Of a DNA stretch of 64,000 nucleotides, positions 33,016 to 46,106 are shown in pieces. Positions within the stretch are counted from its first letter, which is position 1; the number at the start of each line of letters is the position of its first letter. Under the pieces are notes generated by a model. The model made no database searches. It saw only the letters and a program-made list of their open reading frames with translations, and was not told the origin of the DNA. The DNA comes from an uncultured Planctomycetota bacterium (lineage in GTDB: Bacteria > Planctomycetota > Planctomycetia > Gemmatales > Gemmataceae). The translations under genes were made by a program, and so were the position numbers. The stretch is taken from NCBI GenBank assembly GCA_963849325.1, contig CAWKHF010000002.1, positions 224,001 to 288,000 on the forward strand, given 5' to 3'.

Positions 33016-33621
33016 ATGACCGAAACCGTCCAGGTCCATCACGCGACCGTCTTCGACGACGCCACCCGGCACATCGCCCGCATCTACGCCGAGGCGCTCC
33101 TGGACGCCGCCGACAAGCGCCAGCAGACCGCCGAGGTGCTGGAGCAGCTGGAAGAACTGGTCCGAGACGTCCTTAATCGGGACTCGGCCTTCGCGGTCTT
33201 CCTTGCCAGCGCGGTCGTCTGCCGCGAACACAAGCGCGAGGCGCTGCGCCGCGCCTTCGAGGGCAAGGTCAACGAAGTCCTGTACAATTTCCTGCTTGTG
33301 CTCAACGACCACGACCGTCTGGACGTGATCCGCGAGGTAGCGATCACGCTGCGCGACATCTACGAGCACCGGGCCGGCCGCATCCACGTCGAGGTCCGCG
33401 CCGCCGTGCCCCTGGCCGACGAGCAGCGCGAGCGGCTGCGGCACGAACTGCGGACCAAGTTCGGCCGCGAGCCGATTCTGTCGCTCCGCGTCGATCCCGA
33501 CCTGCTGGGCGGCCTGGTGGTGCGCGTGGACGATTGGGTCTACGACGGCAGCGTGCGGGCCCGCCTGGAGCGAATTCGGAATCAACTCATCGAGAAAGGC
33601 AGCCATGTCCAATCGCATTAA
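33016..33621 (+). CDS. atpH: ATP synthase F1 delta subunit
   Basis: [29 protein letters not shown]. Confidence 0.95.
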   Translation: MTETVQVHHATVFDDATRHIARIYAEALLDAADKRQQTAEVLEQLEELVRDVLNRDSAFAVFLASAVVCREHKREALRRAFEGKVNEVLYNFLLVLNDHDRLDVIREVAITLRDIYEHRAGRIHVEVRAAVPLADEQRERLRHELRTKFGREPILSLRVDPDLLGGLVVRVDDWVYDGSVRARLERIRNQLIEKGSHVQSH

Positions 33622-35326
33622 CGCCAACGAAATCGTCTCGGTCTTGACCGAGGAAATCAACCGCTACCGCGACAAGATCGAGCCGAAGGAAGTCGGCGAG
33701 GTCCTGGAGGTCGGCGACGGCATCGCGCGCGTCTACGGCCTGGCGAACGTGATGGCTGGCGAGATGCTCGAGTTCCCGCAAGCCGGCGTACACGGCCTGG
33801 CCTTCAACCTCGAAGAAAACTCGGTCGGCGTCATCATCCTCGGCGATTACAAGGCCATCGGCGAGGGCCATGAAGTGCGTTCGACCGGGACGCTGTTGCA
33901 GGTGCCGGTCGGCGAGGCGCTCGTTGGCCGGGTCGTCGATCCGCTCGGCAATCCCCTCGATGGCAAGGGTCCTGTCGCCACCTCGCACAACCGTTTCGTC
34001 GAATCGACGGCGCCCGGCGTGGCCGGCCGGCAGCCGGTGGAGGTGCCGCTGCAAACCGGCATCAAGGCCATCGACGCCATGACGCCGATCGGCCGCGGTC
34101 AGCGCGAACTCATCATCGGCGACCGCAAGACCGGCAAGACCGTCATCGCCCTGGACGCCATCATCAACCAGCGCGACAGCGGCGTGGTGTGCGTTTACGT
34201 CGCCTGCGGTCAGAAGGAATCGAGCGTCGCTCGCAACGTCGAGGTGCTCCGCGACCACGGCGCCATGGATTACACCATCGTCGTCATCGCCTCCTCGTCC
34301 GATCCGGCGCCGTTGCAGTACATCGCGCCCTACGCCGGCTGCGCCATGGCGGAATTTTTCATGTACGAACAGGGCCGCGATACCCTGTGCGTCTACGACG
34401 ACCTGTCCAAGCAGGCGGCCGCGTATCGCCAGCTCTCCCTCTTGATGCGTCGGCCGCCGGGACGCGAAGCCTATCCCGGCGACATTTTCTACGCCCATTC
34501 GCGCCTGCTGGAGCGCTCCGCCAAGCTGGCCGAGCGCTACGTCCTCGTGCCCAGCGACGCCGACGAGAAAAAGGTCGGCGACGACTGGGGCGTCAACAAC
34601 GAACAGGGCGAACGCCGCCAGCCCGGCGAGAAGGGCAAGGTCTACTTTGGCCCCGTCGATAAAGAACACGCCCTCAAGCACGATCTGCCGAAGTTCCCCG
34701 GTCACAAGGTCGCCAAGGTGGCCAACTCCGGCGGTTCGCTGACGGCACTGCCGATCATCGAAACGCTGGAAGGCGAGGTGTCGGCGTACATCCCGACCAA
34801 TGTGATTTCCATCACCGACGGCCAGATTTACTTGCAGCCGGACCTGTTCAACGCCGGCATCCGGCCGGCCATCGACGTCGGCATCAGCGTCTCGCGCGTC
34901 GGCGGCAAGGCGCAGATCCCGGCCATGAAGCAGATCGCCGGCGGTCTGCGCCTGGACCTGGCCGCCTTCCGCGAGCTGGAGGCGTTCGCTCAACTTGGCA
35001 CCGAACTGGACAAGGCCACGCAATCGCAGCTGGACCGCGGCTATCGCATGGTCGAGATTTTGAAACAGCCGCAGTTCAAGCCGATGAACGTGGTCGATCA
35101 GGTCATGATTATCTTTGCCGGCACCAAGGGTTATCTCGATAAGGTGCCCCTCAAGGACGTGCGCGCGTGGGAGGAGCAGTTTTTGCGCTTCATCCGCGAA
35201 CGGCAGCCGGAGGTCCGCAACGCCATCCTCAAGGAGCGCAAGCTGACCAAGGACATCGAGCAGCAGCTGGGCGCGGCCATCACGAATTTCCAGGCGCAGT
35301 TCAAACCCGCCGGCGCGGCGCGTTGA
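33605..35326 (+). CDS. atpA: ATP synthase F1 alpha subunit
   Basis: [34 protein letters not shown]. Confidence 0.98.
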   Translation: MSNRINANEIVSVLTEEINRYRDKIEPKEVGEVLEVGDGIARVYGLANVMAGEMLEFPQAGVHGLAFNLEENSVGVIILGDYKAIGEGHEVRSTGTLLQVPVGEALVGRVVDPLGNPLDGKGPVATSHNRFVESTAPGVAGRQPVEVPLQTGIKAIDAMTPIGRGQRELIIGDRKTGKTVIALDAIINQRDSGVVCVYVACGQKESSVARNVEVLRDHGAMDYTIVVIASSSDPAPLQYIAPYAGCAMAEFFMYEQGRDTLCVYDDLSKQAAAYRQLSLLMRRPPGREAYPGDIFYAHSRLLERSAKLAERYVLVPSDADEKKVGDDWGVNNEQGERRQPGEKGKVYFGPVDKEHALKHDLPKFPGHKVAKVANSGGSLTALPIIETLEGEVSAYIPTNVISITDGQIYLQPDLFNAGIRPAIDVGISVSRVGGKAQIPAMKQIAGGLRLDLAAFRELEAFAQLGTELDKATQSQLDRGYRMVEILKQPQFKPMNVVDQVMIIFAGTKGYLDKVPLKDVRAWEEQFLRFIRERQPEVRNAILKERKLTKDIEQQLGAAITNFQAQFKPAGAAR

Positions 35327-35334
35327 CGATCTGA

Positions 35335-35393
35335 CGAGCGGGGGGCGTCAGCCCCCTGTTGCGAAGAAACAGGGGGCTGACGCCCCCCGCTCG
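35335..35393. repeat. Palindrome, family D (CGAGCGGGGGGCGTCAGCCCCCTG), between atpA and atpG
   Basis: Perfect inverted repeat; a solo half copy lies at 60815-60838. Confidence 0.88.
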
Positions 35394-35423
35394 CCAAATT
35401 CCAGGTGAGATAGTCGAGACATC

Positions 35424-36303
35424 ATGGCCAACACCCGAGCGCTCGTCAAACGCCGCAAGGCGGTTCGCAACATCAAGAAGATCACGCGCACCATGGAGCT
35501 GATCGCCACGGCGCGCTTCAAGAAGGCGCTGGACCGCGCCACCGAGGCCGAGGCGTACACGCGCAAAATCACCGAGCTGGCCGCCGACCTCAGCGCCTCG
35601 GCGACCAACGTCTCGCATCCGCTGCTGCAACAGCGTGAGGACGTTCGCAACACGGTGCTTCTGGTGCTGTGCTCCAATCGCGGCCTGTGCGGCGGCTACA
35701 ACGCCAGCATTCTCCGCGAGGCCAACCAGCGCATCCGCCACATCCGAACCGAAAACGCAACGCTGCACCTGGAGCTATCCGGCCAGCGGCGCCATCACCT
35801 ACTTCCGCTACCAGGGCGTCAAGGCCGAGCACACCTACACGCAATTCGAGGAGAAGCCGCGCTTCGACGAGGTGGAAGAGATCGCCAACCGCTACATCGA
35901 AGGCTTCATCAGCGGAAAAATCGACCGCGTTGAGGTGGCGTACATGAAGTTCCTCAACGCGGCCCGGCAAACGCCCGTCGTCGAGACGCTGTTGCCGCTA
36001 TCGCGGTCAGCCCCCGGCGAAGCGCGTCAACCGGCCCCGCGCCCTGTCGAGTACGAGTTCTTGCCCAGCGCCGCCGACATCTTGCAGGAACTCTTGCCGG
36101 TCTCGTTCAAGGTCCGGCTGTTCAAGTGTTTCCTTGACGCCGCCGTCAGCGAGCAGATTGCCCGCCGCGTCACCATGAAGCAGGCGACCGAGAACGCCGA
36201 CGATATGATTAAGAGCCTGACACGCCTGTACAATCGCGCGCGCCAGGCCCAGATCACCAAGGAAATCGCCGAGGTCATCGGCGGGGCGGCGGCGCTGGAA
36301 TAA
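35424..36303 (+). CDS. atpG: ATP synthase F1 gamma subunit; frameshift near 35785
   Basis: KITRTMELIA, RGLCGGYN, YNRARQAQITKEIAE. Confidence 0.95.
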
Positions 36304-36318
36304 GACAGGGGCGAGAGT

Positions 36319-38473
<2,155 letters not shown>

Positions 38474-38478
38474 CGAAC

Positions 38479-38908
38479 ATGCCAAACCCCGCGGATCGAG
38501 AGCTGCATTGCGTGATCGTCACGCCGGAGAAGGCCGTCCTCGACGAGGCTGCCGATTTCGTGGCCGTGCCGATGTTCGACGGCGAGCTGGGCGTGCTGCC
38601 CGGCCGAGCGCCGCTCATCGGCCGGCTGGGATACGGCGAGCTGCGCCTGCGTCGCGGCACGCAGACGCGGCGTTTCTTCGTCGATGGCGGCTTCGTGCAG
38701 GTGCGCGCCAACATCGTCACGGTGCTGACGTCGCGGGCCATGCGGGCAGAGGACATCGACGCCTCCGCCGTCTCTCACGCGCTCGCAGGCCGCCCTCGCT
38801 CCCACCGCCACGCCGCAGGCACGCGAGGCGCAGATCAAGACGCAGGAACGCGCCCGCTCACAATTGCGGGTCGCTCGTCATCGCGAGGAGAGCGCGGGAC
38901 GAGCCTGA
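38479..38908 (+). CDS. atpC: ATP synthase F1 epsilon subunit; frameshift near 38787
   Basis: IVTPE, GELGVLPG, VDGGF; shifted frame gives ...ERARSQLRVARH...TGA at 38906-38908. Confidence 0.9.
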
Positions 38909-38932
38909 TCATTTCCGCGAGCGAGTCTCGGC

Positions 38933-39829
38933 TCAGCCACGGTAATACTCCGCTCGTTTTTTCTTGAGGAACTCGACCGAGCGCTGCAATTCCTCCAGGC
39001 CGTTCATACCGTCTTCCACCGAGATCCAACCGGCGAAACCAGCGCCGGACAGGATGCGGAAGATGGCGTCGTAGTCATGGAGACCCTTGCCGGTTTCGCC
39101 GTGGCGGAGCTTGTCGGAATAGCCGATCGTGCCGTCGGCTTGCCGCAGCTCATCGAGCGTAGCGCCGGGCGCCAGATAGCGATCCGAGGCGTGCATCGAT
39201 ACGACCCGGTGCTTCACCTTTTCCAGAAAGCGCACGGCATCGAACCCGCCCACCGTGGCGTTGGAAGGATCGTATTGCACTCCGAAATAGGGTGAATCAA
39301 TGCGGTCGATGATTTCGAGGAAGATGTCTTCGGGCTGGGCGAATTCGGAATACTGCCAGGTGCCGTCCTTGTAATGGTTCTCCAGACACAGGACCACGTC
39401 CTTGCGCTGGGCGTACTCCAGGGAGCGCTGGATGCCCTCGACGGTGCGTTCGACGCCCTCGCGGCGCGACAGTTCGGGATAGCGTTGGCCGCTGAGCGTG
39501 CGGCAGTGGCGGATGCCCAGCGCCACGCACAGGTCGATGGCGGTCTTCTGCCGTTCGACCTGACGGCGACGCTCGCCGGCATCGGGGTGCGTGAAATCCG
39601 GCGAGAAACAAAGGAGCGAGGAGACCTGGCCTGTCTCTTGCAGCGTGCGGCGCACCGGGGCGATGCCGGCCTCGTCGAGGCTCGTAAAAAAGCCGTCGTA
39701 GTGTTCGACGCCTTCGGCCCCGAGCGTGGCAGCCTGCCGGAGCCATTCGAGATAATCGCGGCGGCCCGCGTACAGGTCATCGAAATAACACTTGGGAAAG
39801 ACGCTGATCCGCGGATACGCCTGGCTCAT
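38933..39829 (-). CDS. Sugar-phosphate isomerase/epimerase (xylose-isomerase-like TIM barrel)
   Basis: LCLENH, YDPSN, MHASD, WISVED metal ligands. Confidence 0.88.
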   Translation of the reverse strand: MSQAYPRISVFPKCYFDDLYAGRRDYLEWLRQAATLGAEGVEHYDGFFTSLDEAGIAPVRRTLQETGQVSSLLCFSPDFTHPDAGERRRQVERQKTAIDLCVALGIRHCRTLSGQRYPELSRREGVERTVEGIQRSLEYAQRKDVVLCLENHYKDGTWQYSEFAQPEDIFLEIIDRIDSPYFGVQYDPSNATVGGFDAVRFLEKVKHRVVSMHASDRYLAPGATLDELRQADGTIGYSDKLRHGETGKGLHDYDAIFRILSGAGFAGWISVEDGMNGLEELQRSVEFLKKKRAEYYRG

Positions 39830-39843
39830 GTGTTGTTTTCCTC

Positions 39844-40835
39844 TCACTTGCGCGGCACGGCCAACACCGGCCGTCCCACAGTCGAATCGTTCGGTCCCAG
39901 CTCCCGGCCGCGAGGGCCGCACCCTTCGGGGCGATGGCGATGCACAGCACCTCGCCCGAATGTTTCAAGGTATTCCGCTCGCGCCAGGATCTTGTGTCCC
40001 ACCATTTGATCTCGCCCGGTCGCTTCCAATCGCCGCCGCCGCTGACGAGCGTCTGACCGTCGTCGGTGAAGGCGACAGACCACACGTCTCCCTCGTGCGC
40101 CTTGAGGACAGCCCTCTGTTGCCCACCGTCCACGTCCCAGACCACGACTTCGCCGTAGCGCGTCCCCGCCGCGACTGATCGGCCGTCGGGCGACAGGGCG
40201 ACGGAGCGCGCCTCACCGCTGCGAACCGGCATCGTGACCCGCACGCGCCGCTGTTTCACGTCCCACAACTTGATGGTCGCGTCGGAACTGCCCGTGGCCA
40301 GCAGGGCGCCATCCGCCGTGAAGGCGACGCTGTTGACCCAGCTCTTGTGGCCGGTAAGCGTCGCACGCTCCGCGCCCGTCTCCGTGTCCCACAGTTTGAC
40401 CGATCCGTCGATGCTTCCCGTCGCCAGCGTGCGACCGTCCGGGCTGAACGCCACCGCCAAAACCGCTCCGCGATGCCCACAAAGCGCAAGCGACTTTGCG
40501 TTTTTCACGTCCCACAGCCTCGCGGTGCGATCGTAACTGCCGGTGGCGAGTATCGTCCCTTTGGGATGAAAAGCGATCGCACAAACGGAATCGTCATGTC
40601 CGCGCAAGGTGGCCTGGGTCGTCTTCGTCTTGCAGTCCCAAAGAAGGATGGTTTTGTCCGCAGCAGCGCTGGCCAGGGTGGCCCCATCGGGCGAGAATGC
40701 GACACCGCCGATCCATCCGGTGTGCCCTTTCAGCATCGCCGCTTCCTCGCCGGCCCTGGCGTTCCGAGAAAGTGCCAGCGCCAACACGATCACGAACCAT
40801 CGCCGATGACGCGAACGGAATGGGATGGCGGTCAT
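39844..40835 (-). CDS. Exported WD40-repeat protein (probable frameshift near the 3' end)
   Basis: About seven GH...VAFSPDG..LATGS.D..VKLWD repeats; signal-like N-terminus. Confidence 0.88.
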
Positions 40836-40930
40836 GGACAGCTCCAACACAATGGCGGCGATGAGGTCATCCGGAATCGAGGAGACTTCGCTCATGGCGA
40901 CAAGGGTCTCCCCTCGTTATAGTAAGTGTC

Positions 40931-41984
40931 ATGAGGGGAAAAAAACGATTCCTGGCACGATCAATGTATCCCGTAATCACGATCGGACTGGTACTTGGCT
41001 GCGCCGCTGTTGCGGCTCCGGCCGGGGAAGAAAAGGCGGCGGTGACACCCACCGAGGTCTTGACGGGAGTGCGCACTTTCTTCGCCAAAACCGCCCGCGA
41101 AGACGGTTCCTTCCGGCCGGGCCTCGATCCGGCTTACGAAGGGATGTCCGACAGCGCCTACAGCGACCTGGCTCCCGTGACGTATGCCGTGATTCTGCAT
41201 CGGACGTTTGGCTGGAAACTGCCCGACGAGGCGAAGACTCGAACATTTCTGCTCTCGCGTCAGCAGAAGGATGGGGGCTTCGTCAACGTCAAGGGGACCG
41301 TCGATCCGAAATCATCCCAGGCCCGCGTCTACAACACGACGCAGGGACTCGTCGCCCTTCATGCGCTCGGCGAGCTGTCCGCGCTACGACCCGTTGCCCG
41401 TCTTTGCCGCCGTGCTGGAAGGCGATTACCGAACGCTGCCCGCATACAGCACGAGTTTCTTTCCGCTCGCCTATCAGGCGATGGGCAAGCCCTTCCCCGC
41501 GGCCGCGGACAAAAAACTGCGTGCCACCATGATCCAGGCGGACGATGGCTACCTGAACGATCACATCGCCGCCACGTTCCATGCGGTGCATTACTACCGC
41601 TTGCTGGGCGAGGCGACGCCCCGGGCCGACGCCATCCGGGCGCGCGTCCTGCGCGATCAGAAGCCGGACGGCAGCTGGCTGCTTAACCCGCCCTCGCGCG
41701 ATCGACACGCCGGCTTTGACGCCTGCTTTGTGCTCAAGCAGCTGGGCCGAGGCCAGCCGGAGTGTCAGCGCGCGCTGGATCGCGCCGCCCGATGGGCGCT
41801 GAGCTGCCGCAATCCCGACGGCGGTTTCGGCCACTATCCCGGCAGCACGTCCGACGCCGACGCGGTGTATTTCCAGGTCGGCACGCTCGTTCTGGCCGGT
41901 TTCCTCAAGCCGGTTAATCCACCGCCGCCCGATCCCCACTTGCTCGGCTGGGGACATCTCTTTCCGCACTTGAAAAGGGACTAG
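40931..41984 (+). CDS. Exported prenyltransferase/squalene-oxidase repeat protein; frameshift near 41378
   Basis: QQKDGGF, QKPDGSW, CRNPDGGFG repeats. Confidence 0.82.
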
Positions 41985-42047
41985 GGACGAGGGACTAGGG
42001 ACGAGGGAAGAGCCGCCTTCTTCCCTAGTCCCTCGTCCCTAGTCCCT
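41976..42047. repeat. Inverted heptamer tandem repeats (AGGGACT/AGGGACG)n ... (AGTCCCT/CGTCCCT)n
   Basis: Seen directly; overlaps the upstream gene's TAG stop. Confidence 0.88.
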
Positions 42048-42079
42048 TCTTCCGACGAGTTTTTTCCGGGCAAGACCCT

Positions 42080-42108
42080 TTGACCCTTGGCCCCTGGAAT
42101 GCTACGAT
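42080..42108 (+). promoter_or_regulatory. sigma70 promoter of rpsB-tsf
   Basis: TTGACC-17 nt-TACGAT with an extended -10 TGn. Confidence 0.65.
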
Positions 42109-42216
42109 GACCTTCTTCACCCTTTTGGCAAGGGGGCTCGCGATGAGCGTGGTGGCGATTGTTTGTTCACTGTTTCACCCCAACCGTTATCCCGCCTGGG
42201 AGCAGGAGGGCAGTGC

Positions 42217-43110
42217 GTGGCCATTGTCCAAGTAACCGATCTGATCGAGGCCGGTGTTCATTTCGGTCATCGGGCCAGTCGCTGGAACCCGAAGATGCGG
42301 CCGTACATCTACGGCAAACGCAATCTCATCCACATCATCGACCTGCGCGAGACCGTCCGCGGTATGCTGCGGGCGCACCGCTATCTGGCCAAGGTCGCCA
42401 GCCAAGGCAGTCTCGTGCTGTTCGTCGGCACCAAGCGCCAGGCCAAGGAGGCCGTCGAACGCGAGGCGGCGCGCTGCGGCATGCCGTTCGTGAGCGAACG
42501 CTGGCTGGGCGGCACACTGACCAATTACCGCACCATCCGCGATCGACTCAAGCGCTTGCAAGAGTTGGAGGCGATGTGGCTGCCGGCCAACGAGAACCCG
42601 GCCAAGGTCGATCTGCCCGCCCACATGAAGAGCATGCTCAACGAATCGGGCAAGCTCGAATTGAGCAAGGCGCCCGACACGGCCGAGATCCGCGGTTACA
42701 GCAAAAAGATGGTCGCCACCCTCAACCGCGAACTGACCAAGATCCACCGCAACCTGTCGGGCATCCGCGACATGAACCGTCTGCCCGACGCCCTGATCGT
42801 CGTCGATCCCAAGCGCGAGCACATCGCCGTCAAGGAAGCTCAGCGCATGGGCGTGGCCACCGTGGCCCTGATCGACACCGACAGCGATCCCGACGTGGTT
42901 GATCTGCCTATCCCCGGCAACGACGACAGCATCCGCTCCATCGAACTGATCCTGGGCAAGCTCGCCGATGCCGTGCAGGAAGGCAAGGCCGCTCTGCCGC
43001 CGGAACAGCAGGCGACCGGCCCCAGGCCGCGGCCCGCGCCGGCGGGCGTCGGCAATGGCAATCCGCAGACCGCCGCGAACCCCAAACCCGCTTCGGCGGT
43101 CGTGGAATAA
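42217..43110 (+). CDS. rpsB: 30S ribosomal protein S2
   Basis: AGGAGG RBS + [31 protein letters not shown]. Confidence 0.97.
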   Translation: MAIVQVTDLIEAGVHFGHRASRWNPKMRPYIYGKRNLIHIIDLRETVRGMLRAHRYLAKVASQGSLVLFVGTKRQAKEAVEREAARCGMPFVSERWLGGTLTNYRTIRDRLKRLQELEAMWLPANENPAKVDLPAHMKSMLNESGKLELSKAPDTAEIRGYSKKMVATLNRELTKIHRNLSGIRDMNRLPDALIVVDPKREHIAVKEAQRMGVATVALIDTDSDPDVVDLPIPGNDDSIRSIELILGKLADAVQEGKAALPPEQQATGPRPRPAPAGVGNGNPQTAANPKPASAVVE

Positions 43111-43121
43111 GACAAGGTTCC

Positions 43122-43187
43122 CGTTTAGCCGCGACGCGCAGCGGAGCGCGAGTTGTCGCGCACTCCGCTGCGCGTCGCGACTAAACG
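43122..43187. repeat. REP-like palindrome, family A, between rpsB and tsf
   Basis: Same arms as the other family A copies, with a couple of mismatches. Confidence 0.9.
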
Positions 43188-43212
43188 CCAAGTTTGTTAA
43201 GGACGAAGCAGC

Positions 43213-44052
43213 ATGGCTGAGATCGGCGCGGAACTGGTCAAGAAACTACGCGATCGAACCGGGATGCCGTTCGGCAAGTGCAAGGAAGCCCTCGTCGAGA
43301 CGAATGGTGATCTCGACAAGGCGGTGGATAAGCTGCGCAAGCGCAACAAGGACGCCCAGAACAAGCTGGTCTCGCGCGAGACCGCCGAGGGCCGCATCGG
43401 CGTGTACATCAACCCGGTCAAGCAGGTCGGCGCCCTCGTGGAATTGCGCTGCGAAAGTGCCCCCGTGGTCAAGAGCGAACTATTCATCCAGCTGGCCAAC
43501 GACCTGGCCAGGCAGGCGGCGCTGCAAGAAGCGACCACGCCCGAGGCGCTGCTGGCCCAGCCTTACATCGACGATCCCAAGCGAACCGTCAACGATCGCA
43601 TCGGCGAAGTCGTGGCATTGATCCGCGAGAACATGAAGCCGGTTCGCGTGGTCCGACTGGCCGGCGGTCCCCTGGGCAGCTACGTCCACCACGACGGCTC
43701 CGTCGGCGTCATGGTGCAGGTCGAAGGCGCCAAGGCCGATCCGCAGATGTTGCGCGACGTGTCCATGCACATCACCGCCAAGAACCCGGCGGCCGCCCTC
43801 CGCGAGCACGTTCCGCAGTCCACCATCGATAAGGAGATGGAGATCGCCCGCGCCCAGGCGGCGGCCACCGGCAAGCCAGCCAACATCGTCGAGAAGATCG
43901 CCGAGGGCAAGATGAAGACCTGGTTCGCCGAAAACGTGCTACACGAGCAGCCGTTCGTCAAGGACGACAGCAAGACGGTCGGCGACCTGCTCAAGTCCGC
44001 CGGGCTGAAACTGGTCAAGTTCGTTCGCTTGCGCGTCGGCGAGGTCAGTTAA
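43213..44052 (+). CDS. tsf: Elongation factor Ts
   Basis: VKKLRDRTG..CKEAL, AEGRIG, ELRCES, GKPANIVEKI, QPFVKD. Confidence 0.97.
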   Translation: MAEIGAELVKKLRDRTGMPFGKCKEALVETNGDLDKAVDKLRKRNKDAQNKLVSRETAEGRIGVYINPVKQVGALVELRCESAPVVKSELFIQLANDLARQAALQEATTPEALLAQPYIDDPKRTVNDRIGEVVALIRENMKPVRVVRLAGGPLGSYVHHDGSVGVMVQVEGAKADPQMLRDVSMHITAKNPAAALREHVPQSTIDKEMEIARAQAAATGKPANIVEKIAEGKMKTWFAENVLHEQPFVKDDSKTVGDLLKSAGLKLVKFVRLRVGEVS

Positions 44053-44068
44053 GGAGCGATGGCCTAAC

Positions 44069-44125
44069 AAGCCCGGAGCGTCCGCGACGGGGGAAATTTC
44101 CCCGTCGCGGACGCTCCGGGCTTTT
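44069..44125 (+). terminator. REP-like hairpin followed by a T-tract; probable terminator after tsf
   Basis: AAGCCCGGAGCGTCCGCGACGGGG...CCCCGTCGCGGACGCTCCGGGCTTTT. Confidence 0.7.
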
Positions 44126-44237
44126 GCTCGTCGAACCCCTTTCGCAAGCGGGACGAACGGCGGCTTGATCTGCCGCACGGCGATTCGCTATCCTGGATGC
44201 AGGAGCATCCCGTCGCCGTTGGAAAGCCGCGAGCATC

Positions 44238-45083
44238 ATGCCCGACCCCGATCGCATCCTCCGCACCCTCCGCCGCGCCATTCCCTGCTTCCGCGAGACG
44301 CCCGGCCGTCGCGGTCGAGTGGTGGTCCTGGAAGGGGCCGCCGAAGTCCTTGTCGGCGGCGATCTACACGGCAACGTGGAGAACTTTCGCCGCCTGTTGA
44401 CCGAGGCCGACCTCGCCCGGAATCCCGAGCGGCATTTCGTCCTCCAGGAAGTCATTCACGGCCCGTATCACTACCCGGCCGGCGGCGACAAATCGCACCA
44501 ACTGCTCGACCTGGTAGCGGCGCTGAAATGCCAGTTTCCCCGGCAGGTCCACTTCCTGCTCGGCAACCACGAGCTGGCGCAGCATACGCAGCGGCGCATC
44601 AGCAAGGGCGACCTCGACCTCAACCAGTGCTTCCGCGACGGCGTCGGCACGGCCTACGGCAGCCGGGCGACGGAGGTGTACGCCGTCTATCAGGAACTGC
44701 TGGGGGTCGTGCCGGTGGCGCTTCGGGCGTCTAACCGCGTCTTGCTGACCCATAGTCTGCCGCCGGCCTCGCGCCTGGACGATTTCGACCCCGCCGCCCT
44801 GGAGCGCGACGTCTCCACCGACGCCGATGTGGTGCCCGGCGGTTCCGTACATTCGCTGGTCTGGGGCCGCGATACCCGCGTCGAAACGGCCGTCGCCTTC
44901 CTGGCCAAGATGGACGCCGATCTGCTCATCACCGGGCACGTTCCCTGCGACAACGGCTTCGACGTGCCCAACAATCGGCAGCTCATCCTCGACAGCCTCG
45001 GCACGCCTGCCTGCTATTGCCTGTTCCCCGCCGACCGGCCGCTCACCCATGCGGAACTGATCCAGCACGTTCAGACCCTGTGA
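44238..45083 (+). CDS. Calcineurin-like metallophosphoesterase
   Basis: GDLHG, LLGNHE, THS, ITGH motifs. Confidence 0.88.
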   Translation: MPDPDRILRTLRRAIPCFRETPGRRGRVVVLEGAAEVLVGGDLHGNVENFRRLLTEADLARNPERHFVLQEVIHGPYHYPAGGDKSHQLLDLVAALKCQFPRQVHFLLGNHELAQHTQRRISKGDLDLNQCFRDGVGTAYGSRATEVYAVYQELLGVVPVALRASNRVLLTHSLPPASRLDDFDPAALERDVSTDADVVPGGSVHSLVWGRDTRVETAVAFLAKMDADLLITGHVPCDNGFDVPNNRQLILDSLGTPACYCLFPADRPLTHAELIQHVQTL

Positions 45084-45100
45084 GGTTTTGCTAGACAGCC

Positions 45101-45826
45101 ATGTCCACGAACGATGAACTCCGCGCCATCCGGCCGCCGATGCCGGAAACGCCCCCGGACGCCCTCGGATCACTGATCCGCGAGCCGGTGATCGTCGAGG
45201 ATCGCACGTTTGTCATCATCCGGCCAGGCGAATCGGATCGGATGCTCGATCATCCCAGCGTGCGCTCGGCGTTCGCGGCGGACGAATACATGCCGTACTG
45301 GGCCGACCTGTGGCCGGCGGCCCGCATGCTGGCCAAGGCGATCCTCCGCGAGAAGTGGACACCGGGACGGCGGGCGCTGGAAGTCGGCTGCGGCCTGGGT
45401 CTGCCGGGCATCGCCGCCCTGGCGCGCGACCTGCGCGTCACCTTCAGCGATTACGACGCCACCGCCCTGCGCTTCGCCGCCGACAACGCCCGCGCCAACG
45501 GTCTGACCGACTTCGACACACTGCAAATGGACTGGCGCTATCCGCCGGACGGCTTGCAATTCCCGATTCTCCTCGCATCGGACCTCATCTACGAGATGCG
45601 CAATGTCGGCCCGCTGGTCGCCCTCATCAAGAAGATGCTGGAACCGGGCGGCGTCTGCCTGCTGACGGATCAGGACCGCGTACCCTCGCACGTCCTGCGC
45701 GACACACTGACGCAAGAGGGCTTGCCGTTCACCACGAAGATCATGCGCGCCGGCGAACTGGGCGGCCGGCGTCTCAAGGGCACGTTGTACCGAATCATGC
45801 GCGAGGATGGCGCGAACGCTCTTTGA
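45101..45826 (+). CDS. Class I SAM methyltransferase (METTL21/lysine-MTase-like)
   Basis: PYWADLWPAA, LEVGCGLGLPG, SDY, ASDLIYE. Confidence 0.88.
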   Translation: MSTNDELRAIRPPMPETPPDALGSLIREPVIVEDRTFVIIRPGESDRMLDHPSVRSAFAADEYMPYWADLWPAARMLAKAILREKWTPGRRALEVGCGLGLPGIAALARDLRVTFSDYDATALRFAADNARANGLTDFDTLQMDWRYPPDGLQFPILLASDLIYEMRNVGPLVALIKKMLEPGGVCLLTDQDRVPSHVLRDTLTQEGLPFTTKIMRAGELGGRRLKGTLYRIMREDGANAL

Positions 45827-45890
45827 TTTGCGTCCCCAGAGAGTACCATGAGGGAGGCAGAGTCCCGGCGATCCCTACGGAGGACGATCC

Positions 45891-46106
45891 ATGTCCGGTC
45901 TGGAAATCGAAGCGATCTATGAATGCGGCACCCTCAAGCTGTCGCGCGAATTGCCTTTGCATGAGGGGCAGAAGGTCACCATCACCATCCATCCGCCGGG
46001 CGGCATCGTCGAGCGGGGTTATGGCCGTCTTCGATCGCCCCTCAGCCGCGAGGATTTGGAGCGAGCCGCACTCGACCCGGAGCTTGACATTCTGGAGGGG
46101 CCATGA
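45891..46106 (+). CDS. Antitoxin, DUF104/AF2212-like
   Basis: IEAIYECGTLK...L.EGQKVTITI; ATGA overlap with the PIN gene. Confidence 0.8.
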   Translation: MSGLEIEAIYECGTLKLSRELPLHEGQKVTITIHPPGGIVERGYGRLRSPLSREDLERAALDPELDILEGP

